Shown here piece after piece: positions 1 to 14,266 of a DNA stretch of 64,000 nt. The stretch's first letter is position 1; the number at the start of each line of letters is the position of its first letter. This DNA is from an uncultured Acidimicrobiia bacterium (GTDB lineage Bacteria > Actinomycetota > Acidimicrobiia > Acidimicrobiales > AC-14): positions 1 through 64,000 of the forward strand of contig CAWIIV010000007.1 of the NCBI GenBank assembly GCA_963836205.1, given 5' to 3'. Position numbers and translations under genes: made by a program. Under the pieces are notes generated by a model. It did no database searches. It had not been told where the DNA came from and saw nothing but the letters and a program-made list of their open reading frames with translations.

Positions 1-183
1 GTCGGGCATCATGATGTCGAGCAGGAGGAGGTCGGGCGGCTCGATCGCCAGCCGTTCCAGCGCCGTCGCCCCGTCGGGCGCCTCCTCCACCTCGTACCCC
101 TCGGTGGTGAGCAGGCGCCGCAGCAGGGTCCGGATCGAGGTGTCGTCGTCGACGACGAGGATGCGCAGGCTGCCGCCGTCCAC
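1..183 (-). CDS. Response regulator receiver domain protein (N-terminal part, runs off window)
   Basis: Manual translation: VDGGSLRILVVDDDTSIRTLLRRLLTTEGYEVEEAPDGATALERLAIEPPDLLLLDIMMPD, a canonical REC domain; start could also be GTG at 195. Confidence 0.85.
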   Translation of the reverse strand, partial: MDGGSLRILVVDDDTSIRTLLRRLLTTEGYEVEEAPDGATALERLAIEPPDLLLLDIMMPD

Positions 184-394
184 GCCCGCGCCCACTGTCC
201 GAGGGTAACGCCTGGAAGCTGTCCGCCCCCTGATGGGTCCGGGCGACCTGTCAACTCAACACTACGGAACCACAACTTTTCACAACAAACTCCTTAAGTC
301 CCGACCGCCTCCGCCGATACAACAACTGCCGGACAACGAAACCCCCCGGCAGCCCCTCCAGAGCGGAGGGAGCAACAACTTGGAGGTCATCATC

Positions 395-490
395 ATGCGC
401 AAGCTCATCCCCGTCGTCGGCCCCCTGCTCGCCGCGGTCGTCGCCATGATCCCCATCGTGGGCGCCCTGCTGGCCGGCGTTCTCGCCTGA
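395..490 (+). CDS. 31-aa hydrophobic small peptide MRKLIPVVGPLLAAVVAMIPIVGALLAGVLA
   Basis: GGAGG SD 8 nt upstream of ATG 395; GC3-rich codons typical of real genes here. Confidence 0.6.
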   Translation: MRKLIPVVGPLLAAVVAMIPIVGALLAGVLA

Positions 491-593
491 GCGCTGAGGA
501 ACATCGTGACCACGTCGACGCACTGACCGCGAACCACCGGTCGAGCAAGACCCGCACCACGAGGCGCACGGATCACAGCCCGCACCGCGGGTC

Positions 594-1592
594 GTGGGCG
601 CATGGGAGTCGCTCACGACATCCTGTGCCCTGGTGGTGTGCGTCGCTGCTCGACTGCCCCACCGGGCCCTGGACGCAACCGGCGTCCGGGGGTGGACGGT
701 GGCACTGATCGTCGTCGTGGCCGTCGTGGGCGGCGTCCGGGCACTGGCCCGGGCGCCGTTCACCTTTCGTCGCCCGTCGGCCGTCCGTCGGTGGGCGGGC
801 GAGGAGATCAAGGTCGCGCTGACCGCGGTCGCGGTGGGAGCGGCCGTCAGCCTTCCCCTCTACGCCCTGATCCGGGCCACGCCGCTGTGGTGGCTGTGGG
901 CGGGGCTTATGTTCGCCACAGCCACCGTCGGGTGGCAGCTGGCCGCACCGCTCGCCCTGCGAGCCCAGGCCGGTCCGGACGAGCTGGCGGTCCGGGTGCA
1001 GTCGCTGGCCGAGCGGGCGGGTGTCGACCTGGGTGGTGGCGTCGTCGTCGCCGGCAAGCCCGGCAACGGTCGCTGCAACGCCTACGTGGTCGGCCTCGGT
1101 CCGACCCGCCGCCTCGTCGTCGAACAGGCGGTGGCGGAGTGGCCGCCCGAGCTGGTCGACCAGGCGGTGGCCCACGAGCTGGGCCACTGGAGACTCGGAC
1201 ACGCCGGCCGCCGCCTCCCCCTCACCGTCCTTGCCCAGTTGGCGACGTTGGCCGCGGCCGCCGCTGCCCTCTCGTCGCAGACGGTGCTCGATCTGGCCGG
1301 AGTCGCCCACGCCGGCGACCCCCGGTCGTACCCGTTCCTCCTCCTGCTGGGGGCGCTGCTGGCCTTGCCCGCCCGCTGCCTGCTGGCCTGGCGGGACCGG
1401 GCCCAGGAGCGCGCCGCCGACCGCTTCGCCCTCGACCTGCTCGACCGTCCCGAGGACTTCACGGCCATGCTCCACCGGGCCGCGATCGAGAGCGACACCC
1501 CGACAAAGCTCGTCTGGTGGCGGCGGGCCACCGCCAGCCACCCGTCCACCGACGAGCGGGCCGCGGCCTGCCCCGTCTCCAAGGCGGCCTGA
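594..1592 (+). CDS. M48 (Ste24/HtpX-like) membrane zinc metalloprotease
   Basis: NAYVVGLGPTRR, HELGH zinc motif, QERAADRFA, SHPS; several TM segments; start uncertain. Confidence 0.85.
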   Translation: MGAWESLTTSCALVVCVAARLPHRALDATGVRGWTVALIVVVAVVGGVRALARAPFTFRRPSAVRRWAGEEIKVALTAVAVGAAVSLPLYALIRATPLWWLWAGLMFATATVGWQLAAPLALRAQAGPDELAVRVQSLAERAGVDLGGGVVVAGKPGNGRCNAYVVGLGPTRRLVVEQAVAEWPPELVDQAVAHELGHWRLGHAGRRLPLTVLAQLATLAAAAAALSSQTVLDLAGVAHAGDPRSYPFLLLLGALLALPARCLLAWRDRAQERAADRFALDLLDRPEDFTAMLHRAAIESDTPTKLVWWRRATASHPSTDERAAACPVSKAA

Positions 1593-1594
1593 TC

Positions 1595-2205
1595 GTGGGC
1601 CCGACCACCCGCCGCGGGGTCGTGGTGCTGGGGGCCGCCGTCGCCACCACTCTCCTCCTGGCCGTGGGCGTCGCCATCGGGGCCGTCCCCCGCCTGGTCG
1701 ACACCTCCGCCACGCCGCCCGGTGAGGTGGCGTCGGCGCCGTCGACGGTCGTCGTTGTTCCCGAGACCACCGAGACACCGGCGGCCACCGTCGCCGAACC
1801 GGTCGAGCCGGCCGAGATCCCGGCCCCGCCACCGACGGTCGCCCCGGACGCACCCGTCACCACTCCCCCGACGACCCCGGCATCCACGACCCTTCCGCCG
1901 ACGACCACACCCTCCCCGCCGGGGCTTCCTCCCGGCCAACGGATCGAGCCGACAGCGGGCCAGGTCCAGGCCGCCATCGCTCAGCTTCGCCAGCGAGTTC
2001 CGCTGTTCGCGCCGACCGAAGGCCAGCTCCGGACGTTCGCCGAGGCAGTGTGCGCCTCGTACGACCAGGGCCAGACCCAGGCCCAGGTGGAGTCGGCAGT
2101 GAGCCAGGCGGTGTCCCACGTCCAAGGGGCGTCGCTGTCGGCACCCGATGCCGCCTTCGCCGTGCAGCTGTCGTCCAGCTGCGCTGCCCGGGCTTCCTGC
2201 CGTAG
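1595..2205 (+). CDS. Pro/Thr-rich membrane-anchored protein with DUF732-like C-terminus; apparent frameshift near 2168
   Basis: N-terminal TM, PT linker, AVCASYDQG...DAAFAV; the other frame continues VVQLRCPGFLP* to TAG 2203-2205. Confidence 0.55.
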
Positions 2206-2212
2206 CGCGCCC

Positions 2213-2356
2213 TCAGGAGGCGTCGGCGCCGGTATCGGTGACGTCGGCGAGGTCGTCGTCCGTTGCGTCGGCCGGCGTGGGCTCCTCCTGACCGTCGCCG
2301 TCCTCCCGGGGAGCGGCGTGCACGCCGTGGGACGCGTCCTCTCGTTGATCGCTCAT
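2213..2356 (-). CDS. 47-aa acidic small protein (MSDQREDASHGVHAAPREDGDGQEEPTPADATDDDLADVTDTGADAS)
   Basis: Manual translation; GGAG SD upstream; fills the gap between neighbouring genes. Confidence 0.45.
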   Translation of the reverse strand: MSDQREDASHGVHAAPREDGDGQEEPTPADATDDDLADVTDTGADAS

Positions 2357-2387
2357 GGAGGTCTTCTCCCCGGTACCGTCCTTCGTG

Positions 2388-2870
2388 ATGCTCTACGCCT
2401 TCGGGTTCGCCACCGTCGGGGTGGTGGTGGGCGACTTGTACATCGTCGACCCCGATCCCCTGCCGGGACAGGAGGGGCCGGAGCGGGGCGTGCGGGTCGA
2501 GGTGCGAGTGCTCGAGCGGCCGCCACTGGAGGGCGGGATCTACTCGGCCCAGCCGATCCTCGTCGGACGGCCGGTGTGGAGGGCCGACCTGCTCGAGGCC
2601 GTCGACCATCCCGGCACCCTCGACCGGGCCCACCACCATCCGGCCTTCGACGGTTGGGACCCCTGCCCTCGGGTGTTCGACCCTGGCCTCACGGCCGACC
2701 CCGTGGGCTGGGTGGGCGAGCGCCTGGCTGCCTACGACGACGTGCGGGCCACCGTTCCCGAGATCCTCGACGCCGTCCGCCGGCTCCTCGACCGCGTCCG
2801 GAACGGCGAGCTGGGAGTTGCTCCGGACACGGGCGGTGCCGCCGCGGGCCTGCGGGTCAGCTGGCTCTGA
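2388..2870 (+). CDS. Conserved actinobacterial hypothetical protein (MLYAFGF...)
   Basis: Good codon bias; TACCGT -10-like box just upstream. Confidence 0.7.
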   Translation: MLYAFGFATVGVVVGDLYIVDPDPLPGQEGPERGVRVEVRVLERPPLEGGIYSAQPILVGRPVWRADLLEAVDHPGTLDRAHHHPAFDGWDPCPRVFDPGLTADPVGWVGERLAAYDDVRATVPEILDAVRRLLDRVRNGELGVAPDTGGAAAGLRVSWL

Positions 2871-2876
2871 CCGTCC

Positions 2877-3302
2877 TCAGTCGGCGATATGGGACTGAGC
2901 CACGGTCTTGGTGGGCGTGACCCGCACCAAAAGCTCCCCCGGCACCGCGTTGCGATGGCCGAACTCGTCCGCCTGATCCTCGCCCATGTACCGGCCGCCG
3001 ATGCGGGTGGCCCAGGTCAACATCTCCTCGAGATCCTCGCTGAGCTCGACCGTGCCGTCGATCAGGACGAAGGCGAACGGCGGCGTCTCGTCGTCGACGA
3101 GGATGCTGACCCGGGGGTCGCGGCGCAAGGTTCGCCCCTTCACCGAGTCGGCATGGGTCGTGAACACCACCGTGTCCCCGTCGAGGACGAACCACACCGG
3201 GGCGATGTGGGCTCGGCCGTCGCGGCGGACGGTGGCCACCTTTGCCGTCCTCGTGCCCTGGGTGAGGAAGTCTCTTCGCTCCTGCTCGGTCATATCTTGC
3301 AT
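2877..3302 (-). CDS. PPOX-class F420-dependent oxidoreductase
   Basis: [21 protein letters not shown]...[13 protein letters not shown]. Confidence 0.9.
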   Translation of the reverse strand: MQDMTEQERRDFLTQGTRTAKVATVRRDGRAHIAPVWFVLDGDTVVFTTHADSVKGRTLRRDPRVSILVDDETPPFAFVLIDGTVELSEDLEEMLTWATRIGGRYMGEDQADEFGHRNAVPGELLVRVTPTKTVAQSHIAD

Positions 3303-3493
3303 TCCGACAGTCTTCCCGACCTCGGGGGGTAGGTCGGGAAGATGACGGTGGGAGGCACCGGGCCGGGGCGGGACCGACCCGGCGCCTACAACCACCTGAC
3401 ACACCCGGGCGGCGGGAACCCGGATGCAGAGCAGATTCTACCGACGGCCGATTGTTAGTTGGACGCGCGCCACCAGTTCTACGGTGGGGATCG

Positions 3494-4330
3494 ATGCCCG
3501 AGTTCCCCGAGGTCCAGGCTCTGGCCGAACGGCTGGACGCGGCGGTGGCGGGGGCGGCGTTCGAGTCGGCGACCCCCTTGCAGTTTTCAGCTCTGAAGAC
3601 GTTCGCGGTGCCGCCGGAGTCCCTGGCCGGGGTCCGTTTGGAGCGGGTCGGGCGGCGGGGCAAGTTCGTGCTGTTCGAGTTCGATGGGGGCGCCCGGTTG
3701 GCGCTGCACCTGTCCCAAGGGGGTCGGGTCGACCTGGAGGACCCTCCCAAGTCCACCCGGCCCAAGGTCGGGGTGGTGCGGCTGCGCTTCGCCGACCGGC
3801 CGTCGGTGCTGGTCAAGGAGTTCGGCACCGAGCGTAAGGCGGGGTGGTGGGTGCTGGCCCCGGGCGACGACGGGCCCCTGGTCGACCTGGGCCCGGAGGC
3901 GCTGTCGGACGAGTTCGCGGAGCTGCTGCGGACGGGCGCCGACAGCCGGCGGGTGCACACCCTGCTCCGCCACCAACGCACGGTGTCGGGGATCGGGCGG
4001 GGCTACGCCGACGACATCCTCCACCGGGCGCGGATCTCGCCCTACGCGTCGCTGGCCACCATGCCGGCCGGGGATCGGGAGCGGCTGGTGGCGGCCGTCC
4101 ACGAGGTGATGACCGAGGGGCTGGCGGTGGAGCGCCGGCGGAAAGGGGGCCTGCCCACCAAGGTCGGCGACCACTGGGTCGTCCACGGGCGGGCCGGTAC
4201 GCCCTGCCCGGTGTGCGGCGACGACCTCCGCCGCGTCTCCTACGAGTCCCACGAGGTCGCCTACTGCCCCACCTGCCAGACGGGGGGCAAGATCCTGGCC
4301 GACCGGAGGCTGAGCCGACTGGTGCGGTAG
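3494..4330 (+). CDS. Fpg/Nei family DNA glycosylase/AP lyase
   Basis: N-terminal MPE.PEV, RRGK, H2TH ([12 protein letters not shown]), C-terminal CPVC...CPTCQ zinc finger. Confidence 0.92.
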   Translation: MPEFPEVQALAERLDAAVAGAAFESATPLQFSALKTFAVPPESLAGVRLERVGRRGKFVLFEFDGGARLALHLSQGGRVDLEDPPKSTRPKVGVVRLRFADRPSVLVKEFGTERKAGWWVLAPGDDGPLVDLGPEALSDEFAELLRTGADSRRVHTLLRHQRTVSGIGRGYADDILHRARISPYASLATMPAGDRERLVAAVHEVMTEGLAVERRRKGGLPTKVGDHWVVHGRAGTPCPVCGDDLRRVSYESHEVAYCPTCQTGGKILADRRLSRLVR

Positions 4331-4366
4331 CAGGTGCCGGCGGACGCGACTGGGCGTTGCGGCTCT

Positions 4367-5368
4367 CTAGGCGGCGGCGCCTTCGAAGATGGCGACCTTG
4401 ACGCCCCGCTCGGCCAGCACCGCCAGGAACGGACCGGGCTCGACCAGCTCGGCCAGGCCGGCGGCGCCGACCCGGGAGAAGCGTCCGTCGACGGCCCACC
4501 GGGCGGCAAGGGCGGCAACCGCGCCGGCGGCCACTGCCGGCCGGTCTATGGCCCCGACTACACGGGCGTCGTGGGTGAGGCCCTGGGTGCCGGCGACCTC
4601 CACCCGTAGCGCCCCCAACTCCCCCTCCGGCCCCGGCCGGGACAGTCGCGGCACCCGGGCCGCCAACCGGTCGAGCCGGCGGGCGCCGTAGCGGGACGTC
4701 ACCCGCCGGACACCGGCGAAGGCGGGCACCAGCAGGAGGGGCTCGGCGAAGGCGCCCCGGTAGCAGTCGAGCCCGCCGATCGGGTCGGGGAACCAACACA
4801 GCAGGCGTCCGGTGCCCGGGCGCCGGGTGACCCATTCGCCGTCGGCCCATTCCTGGGCCCGACCCCGGGAGGCTTCCTGGTGCTGGCGGACGCAGGCCGG
4901 CCCGCCGACGCCCACCCGGGCCACGTGGATCTCGTCGATCCGTTCGAAGCTGCGGGCGGCATAGGCGGCCAGGACGCATGAGAGTCCGGGGGAGAAGCCG
5001 GCCCCGGCCACCACCGACAGTCCCTGCGATCGGGCCTGGCTGTCGAGGGCGAGGAGCCCGGCCACGTCGTCGGCCGAGTCGGACACCGACACCACCGACG
5101 CCCCCGCGGCCAGGGCCTCTTCGGCCAGCGCTCGGTGGTTTCCGGCCGGTCCGGCCAGGACAACCGACGTCGACGGGCCGTGGACGGTCGTGAGCACGGA
5201 CGCCAGGTCGGAGCCGACGGAGACCGGGCGGCCGAGGGAGCCCACCACCGCCTCCCGGCGGGCGGTATCAGGGTCGATGACGGCGAGGTCGTCGACCGGC
5301 CCGAGGGCGAGGAGCTGGCGGGCAGCCCGGGCCCCCACGGCACCGACACCGACGACGATCGCTCGCAT
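4367..5368 (-). CDS. NAD(P)-dependent oxidoreductase, saccharopine-dehydrogenase-like
   Basis: Rossmann GVGAVG at N-terminus; GAGFSPGLS motif. Confidence 0.75.
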   Translation of the reverse strand: MRAIVVGVGAVGARAARQLLALGPVDDLAVIDPDTARREAVVGSLGRPVSVGSDLASVLTTVHGPSTSVVLAGPAGNHRALAEEALAAGASVVSVSDSADDVAGLLALDSQARSQGLSVVAGAGFSPGLSCVLAAYAARSFERIDEIHVARVGVGGPACVRQHQEASRGRAQEWADGEWVTRRPGTGRLLCWFPDPIGGLDCYRGAFAEPLLLVPAFAGVRRVTSRYGARRLDRLAARVPRLSRPGPEGELGALRVEVAGTQGLTHDARVVGAIDRPAVAAGAVAALAARWAVDGRFSRVGAAGLAELVEPGPFLAVLAERGVKVAIFEGAAA

Positions 5369-5503
5369 CAGTGGAGGTCGGGACCGGAGAGCTCGCGCCA
5401 TCCGCCCCGCTGGGGTCGGGCGGCCTTGCCGCCCCGCAGCCGGACGACGGCGGCGGCCAGTCCGGCGAGGGCGATGGCCAGCAGGGCGCGTCGTTTCATG
5501 GTG

Positions 5504-5577
<74 letters not shown>

Positions 5578-5691
5578 AGCATTGGTGTGCTGGACGGAGG
5601 GAGATCGCCGGCCGGTGGTCGGCTCGAGCCCCGGTGGGCAACTTCCTCGTCCGCCGACTTTACCGCCGTTGGCCGGGACGGGCGCACGGGA

Positions 5692-7359
5692 TCATGGGGT
5701 GCCCGAAGGGATGGGTGCCGATCCACCGGTCGACGAGGGTGCGGATTCGCCGTCCGGCGGAGGGACGTCGGCCGGGATTGGAGTCGTCCCGTTCCGAGGG
5801 GCATCGGTGCGGGTTGGGGCCCCGTCGGGTGAAGCGGGGGACGCTGTCGGCAGGGACTGGGTGGGATCGGCCGAGGGAGTCGGTGGTTGCTCCGGCATCG
5901 GTGCGGTGTGCGAAACCGGAGTGGCCGGCGGCGTGATTGTGGGCGTCTCGCGTGGTGGGGGCACGGGAGGTGCGGATTGGGACGGCCCTGCGTCGACGCT
6001 GGCGGGGGGCGGCGAGGGTGCGGGCGCGTCGATCGGGCGGGGCAGGAACGGGGGCGGAGGACTGGGGGCGTCCTGAGTGGCGGGCCGCTGGGGGGACGCG
6101 TCCGGGGTGGCGACGTCCGGTGCGGTGCTGGCGACGGGTGCCTGTTCCGGTCGCACGGGGTGTGCTTCCGCTGCGGGTCGACTGTTCGGGGGCGGCGAGG
6201 GGGTGCTGGCAACCGGCGACGTCGCAGGCGCGGAGGGGTAGGGCGGCAGCGCTGGAGGTGGCCGGCCGGCCGGCTGACCGCTGATGGGGGGCTGTGGTCG
6301 TGGGGCGGGCGGGGTGGCTGGTGGCGGTGTCAGGCGCGGCGGGGACGGCGCATCGTTCGGGCGAGGCGCGCCGGACGGGTCGGCTGGCTGGGACATCGGG
6401 GTGGGCGGGGCGGCTCCGAAGCCGATCGTCGCCGCCACGCCGGGCGGCGCAGCGGTCGGTGATCCTGGTGTGGGCGGGGACGGCGCGTTCGATGGCGCGG
6501 GCGCGGTGGGGCGGCCTGGCGGCGTGGCGGGCGGGGGGGGTGTGGCGGCGGGCGGGGGGGGTGTGGCGGCCGGCGGGGGGGGTGTGGCGGCCGGCGGCGG
6601 CGGTGTGGCGGCCGGCGGCGGCGGTGTGGCGGCGGGCGGGGGCGGTGTGGCGGCCGGCGGCGGGGGGGCGGCGGCGGGCGGGGGGGCGGCGGCGGGCGGG
6701 GGGCCGGCGGCGGGCGGCGGGGGGGCCGACCGGGAGAGAGGGGTCGGCGCGGCGGGGGGTGTGGGTGGGGCTGGTGGCGGTGACACGGGTGGTGAGGTGG
6801 CTGCCGCCTCGGGGCGGACAGTGGCGGCCGGCTCGGCCGGCTCGGGCGGCCTTGGTAGGCGCCGGGCGGTGGCTTCGGGCTTCGGCTCCTTGGGTTTGCG
6901 CTTGGGTGGACGGGGTTCGATCACGTCGGTGACGGAGTCGTCCTCCCGCCACGACGACCGGGGCGGCGGGACGTCGAGCGTGGGCTGGCGAGCGGCGCTC
7001 CGCAGGGGCCGTTCCTCGAACACCACGCCGAAGCCACCGATGAGGTCGCTGATCAGGTTGTGGAGGACGCTGAACAGCACGGTCACGCCCGAACCCAGCA
7101 GGACGAGGAGGGTGCCGCCGATGAGCGAGGCCCGGAACAGCTCCCCGCCCTCGAAGTGGAAGTCCTTCGTCGCCACCAGGTCGCCGACGAAGCTCTCCAC
7201 ACTTCCCCGCAGTCCGGTGATCGACGCCGCCGCCCACAGGGTGATGGCGGCCACCAGCAACACCAGGTAGAGGCTGGTGTAGAGCAGCAGGCTGAACTTC
7301 AGCACCGTCCACGGCTCGATCCTGCGCAGGACCAGCCGGACACGCCGCGCCTGGGTCAT
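5692..7359 (-). CDS. DUF3566 membrane protein with very long Pro/Ala/Thr-rich tail
   Basis: RRVRLVLRRIEPWTVLKFS...HNLISDLIGG; synteny between gyrA and tRNA-Ile. Confidence 0.8.
   Translation of the reverse strand: MTQARRVRLVLRRIEPWTVLKFSLLLYTSLYLVLLVAAITLWAAASITGLRGSVESFVGDLVATKDFHFEGGELFRASLIGGTLLVLLGSGVTVLFSVLHNLISDLIGGFGVVFEERPLRSAARQPTLDVPPPRSSWREDDSVTDVIEPRPPKRKPKEPKPEATARRLPRPPEPAEPAATVRPEAAATSPPVSPPPAPPTPPAAPTPLSRSAPPPPAAGPPPAAAPPPAAAPPPPAATPPPPAATPPPPAATPPPPAATPPPPAATPPPPAATPPPPATPPGRPTAPAPSNAPSPPTPGSPTAAPPGVAATIGFGAAPPTPMSQPADPSGAPRPNDAPSPPRLTPPPATPPAPRPQPPISGQPAGRPPPALPPYPSAPATSPVASTPSPPPNSRPAAEAHPVRPEQAPVASTAPDVATPDASPQRPATQDAPSPPPPFLPRPIDAPAPSPPPASVDAGPSQSAPPVPPPRETPTITPPATPVSHTAPMPEQPPTPSADPTQSLPTASPASPDGAPTRTDAPRNGTTPIPADVPPPDGESAPSSTGGSAPIPSGTP
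6521..6726. repeat. 21-bp coding tandem repeat (PPPPAAT)n plus 18-bp variants
   Basis: About six copies of ggtgtggcggc(c/g)ggcgg(g/c)gg(g/c). Confidence 0.85.
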
Positions 7360-7368
7360 GAAGCTCCT

Positions 7369-7377
7369 TTGTCCACA
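7369..7377 (+). promoter_or_regulatory. DnaA box TTGTCCACA
   Basis: Perfect actinobacterial DnaA box just upstream of the DUF3566 start. Confidence 0.55.
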
Positions 7378-7419
7378 GCGGGACCCGCAAAAAACGTAAC
7401 CCGGATTCGACCCCGCCAG

Positions 7420-8037
7420 TCAGTCACGCCCGCCATCCCCCTCCTGGCACACCTCGAAGAGCGTCGGACGGGTGTCGGGGTCGGGCCGACACATGCCCGC
7501 CGACGGTGCTACCCCGGCTAAACGGTCGGCAACCGCGGCCGGGACTTCGACGGCCAACCCCGGCGGGTGCACGTCGGTGATCGGGACGTCGGCCCGCAAC
7601 AATCCCCGCGCCCGAGCGAGGGCGGCTCGCATGGCGGGGGCCAGCCGCTCATCGCCGAGTGATCCTCGGTCGAGCCCGTCGACCGCCCCGTGCGAGCGCC
7701 GGGCCCGACCCACCGCCCGGGCCGTACCCAGCTCGACCTCCACCAGGGCGTCGGTGCCGTCGGCCTCGAAGCGCTCGATCTCAGCCCCGTTGGCCGCGGC
7801 CAGGTCCCGGGCCTGGGCCTCCCCCGCGGCCGCTCCGGCCAGGGCGGCGGCGTCGGCCGCGGTGCGGGCGCCCGCCCGGTCGGCGGCCGCGACCCCCAGT
7901 CGAGCGAGGAGCAGAGCCGCCGCGCCCACCACCACGATGGCCAGCGCCATCAGCGGTAGCACCGAACCGTTCTCCCGGAGAGGGCCCCGTCGGCCGAATG
8001 GGTGCCGAGATTGCCGTGGGCACCATGTGGTCTGCAT
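7420..8037 (-). CDS. TadG/TadE-like pilus-assembly pseudopilin-domain protein
   Basis: ENGSVLPLMAL + TM + ARTAADAAALAGA; AAGGAGG SD. Confidence 0.7.
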   Translation of the reverse strand: MQTTWCPRQSRHPFGRRGPLRENGSVLPLMALAIVVVGAAALLLARLGVAAADRAGARTAADAAALAGAAAGEAQARDLAAANGAEIERFEADGTDALVEVELGTARAVGRARRSHGAVDGLDRGSLGDERLAPAMRAALARARGLLRADVPITDVHPPGLAVEVPAAVADRLAGVAPSAGMCRPDPDTRPTLFEVCQEGDGGRD

Positions 8038-8095
8038 CACTACGTCCTCCTTCACGCTCGTGTCGGAGGGGGAAGTTGGAGGGGGCGACGATCCT

Positions 8096-10543
<2,448 letters not shown>

Positions 10544-10553
10544 ATGTCCCGGG

Positions 10554-12512
<1,959 letters not shown>

Positions 12513-12623
12513 TCACGTGCTCGGGATCGAGTCGACCCTGGGGTCGAGAGAGTGGGTTTCAGAGGGAGAAACCGCAGGTCAGACCCCCGAACCACACTGA
12601 TGCAAGGATACCAGACAGGTGTG

Positions 12624-12953
12624 TCAACTCGGGCGGACCACTACCTTCACGGCGGTGACGACACCCGTCCCCACGGCGTCGTCGAGGCGCCTCCGAAGGG
12701 TGGCCTCGAGGTAGGTGAGCTCGGTGACCCACCCGGCCTGGTCGACGGCGATGACGAGGTTCCCGTCGCTCAGGCGCAGGGGTCGGCTGTGGGTGGCCAC
12801 CGCCGGCCCCACGATCTCGGCCCACCCCGCCACCAGGGTGACGAAGGCGGCCCCGTCCGGTCCACCGATGCGGCGGGTGACGCCGGGCAGGGAGTCGGCG
12901 AGCTTGCGGGGGGCGATGTCGTAGCCCGCCTTCTTGAGCGGCCGCCAGGTCAC
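12624..12953 (-). CDS. dciA: DUF721/DciA family helicase loader
   Basis: WAEIVGPAVATHSRP...LVIAVD..GWVTEL; position between recF and gyrB. Confidence 0.85.
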   Translation of the reverse strand: MTWRPLKKAGYDIAPRKLADSLPGVTRRIGGPDGAAFVTLVAGWAEIVGPAVATHSRPLRLSDGNLVIAVDQAGWVTELTYLEATLRRRLDDAVGTGVVTAVKVVVRPS

Positions 12954-13041
12954 GCCGGCTGGCCGCTCGCCGGCGCCGGTCTGGGGTCGGAAAAGGGGTG
13001 CTGAGCGCACCTTTTCATGCCCACGACCGGCGGCGTCGGCG

Positions 13042-14238
13042 TCATGCCGGGCGCTTCTGGGGTTCGTCGGCGTGGCCGGGCCGGTCCGCGGGGTCGCTCG
13101 ACTCGTCCTCCGGCGCGGGACGATCGCCAGGCGACGAATTTGGGCCGCGGAAGGAGCAGTGGGGTGTGAGGCGGGCGGCGGTGGCCTCGACCACCAGGTC
13201 GGGGGCGGCCGCGACGGGGATGCCGCCGGTGGTGGTGAGGATGGCCTGGCCCGGCGGGAGATGGTCGAGGAGGGCCTGGCTGCGGCGCTCGTCGAGCTCG
13301 GAGAAGACGTCGTCGAGGAGGAGGACGGGGGGCTCGCCCGCACTCTCCCCCACCACCCGATGCCCGGCCAGGCGCAGGGCCAACGCCAGCGACCGATGCT
13401 CGCCCTGGGACGCGTGGGTGCGGGCGGGCATGCCCGAGACGGTGAGGATCAGCTCGTCGCGGTGGGGACCGACCAGGCACGCCCCCCGGCGCAGCTCCTC
13501 GGCCCGGGACGCGGCCAGCGCCGCCGCCAGCCCCCCACTGCGCCACGGCGCCTGGTAGGCCACCCCCACCGGCCGGGCGTCGGCCCCGGCGATCCCGGCG
13601 TACGCCGCGTTCAGCGCCGGCTCCAGCCGGTCGACCAGCGCCGAGCGGGCTGCACCCAGGGCGTCGCCCACCGTCGCCAGCTTGGCGTCCCAGACGTCGA
13701 GCGTGGGCGCCAGCGCGGGCGACAGGCGGCCGCCGGCGTCACGCAGCAGGGCGGTGCGCTGCCGCAGGATCCGCTCCAGGTCGCGCCGCAGCGCGTCGTT
13801 CCGGATGTGCAGCGACACCAGCAGGTCGTCGAGGTACCGGCGCCGGGCGGCCGGACCCCCCTTGACCAGCTCCAGGTCGTCGGGCGAGAAGACGCTCACC
13901 ACCAGCGCGCCCACCAGGTCGGCCGCCCGTCGCAGCGGCTGACGGTTGACCGACACCCGCCCTCGGCCCCGCACCCGGATCTCGGCCTCGATGAGCAGCT
14001 CCCGTCCATCCCGCACGGCTGTCCCCCGCACGACCGCCCGTTCCTCGCCCATCCGCACCAGGGCCTCTCCCGGTGCCCCCCGGAACGACTCCAGCGTGGC
14101 CAGGTACCCGACCGCCTCCAGCAGGTTGGTCTTGCCCGCCCCGTTGTCGCCCACCACCACCGTCAGCCCGGGCGGGAACTCCAGCTCAGCAGCGGTGTAG
14201 TTCCGAAAGTCGGCGAGCCAGAGTTGGGTCAGCCGCAC
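13042..14238 (-). CDS. recF: DNA replication/repair protein RecF
   Basis: FRNY, GDNGAGKTNLLEA, GPHRDEL, SQGE, LLLDDVFSELD. Confidence 0.97.
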   Translation of the reverse strand: MRLTQLWLADFRNYTAAELEFPPGLTVVVGDNGAGKTNLLEAVGYLATLESFRGAPGEALVRMGEERAVVRGTAVRDGRELLIEAEIRVRGRGRVSVNRQPLRRAADLVGALVVSVFSPDDLELVKGGPAARRRYLDDLLVSLHIRNDALRRDLERILRQRTALLRDAGGRLSPALAPTLDVWDAKLATVGDALGAARSALVDRLEPALNAAYAGIAGADARPVGVAYQAPWRSGGLAAALAASRAEELRRGACLVGPHRDELILTVSGMPARTHASQGEHRSLALALRLAGHRVVGESAGEPPVLLLDDVFSELDERRSQALLDHLPPGQAILTTTGGIPVAAAPDLVVEATAARLTPHCSFRGPNSSPGDRPAPEDESSDPADRPGHADEPQKRPA

Positions 14239-14266
14239 GCCAAGCCGCCCATGACCTGGCCCGCCC

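Noticed and set aside
5369-5503. Integrative element at tRNA-Ile
   Set aside because: No integrase and no duplicated tRNA 3' end seen in the window
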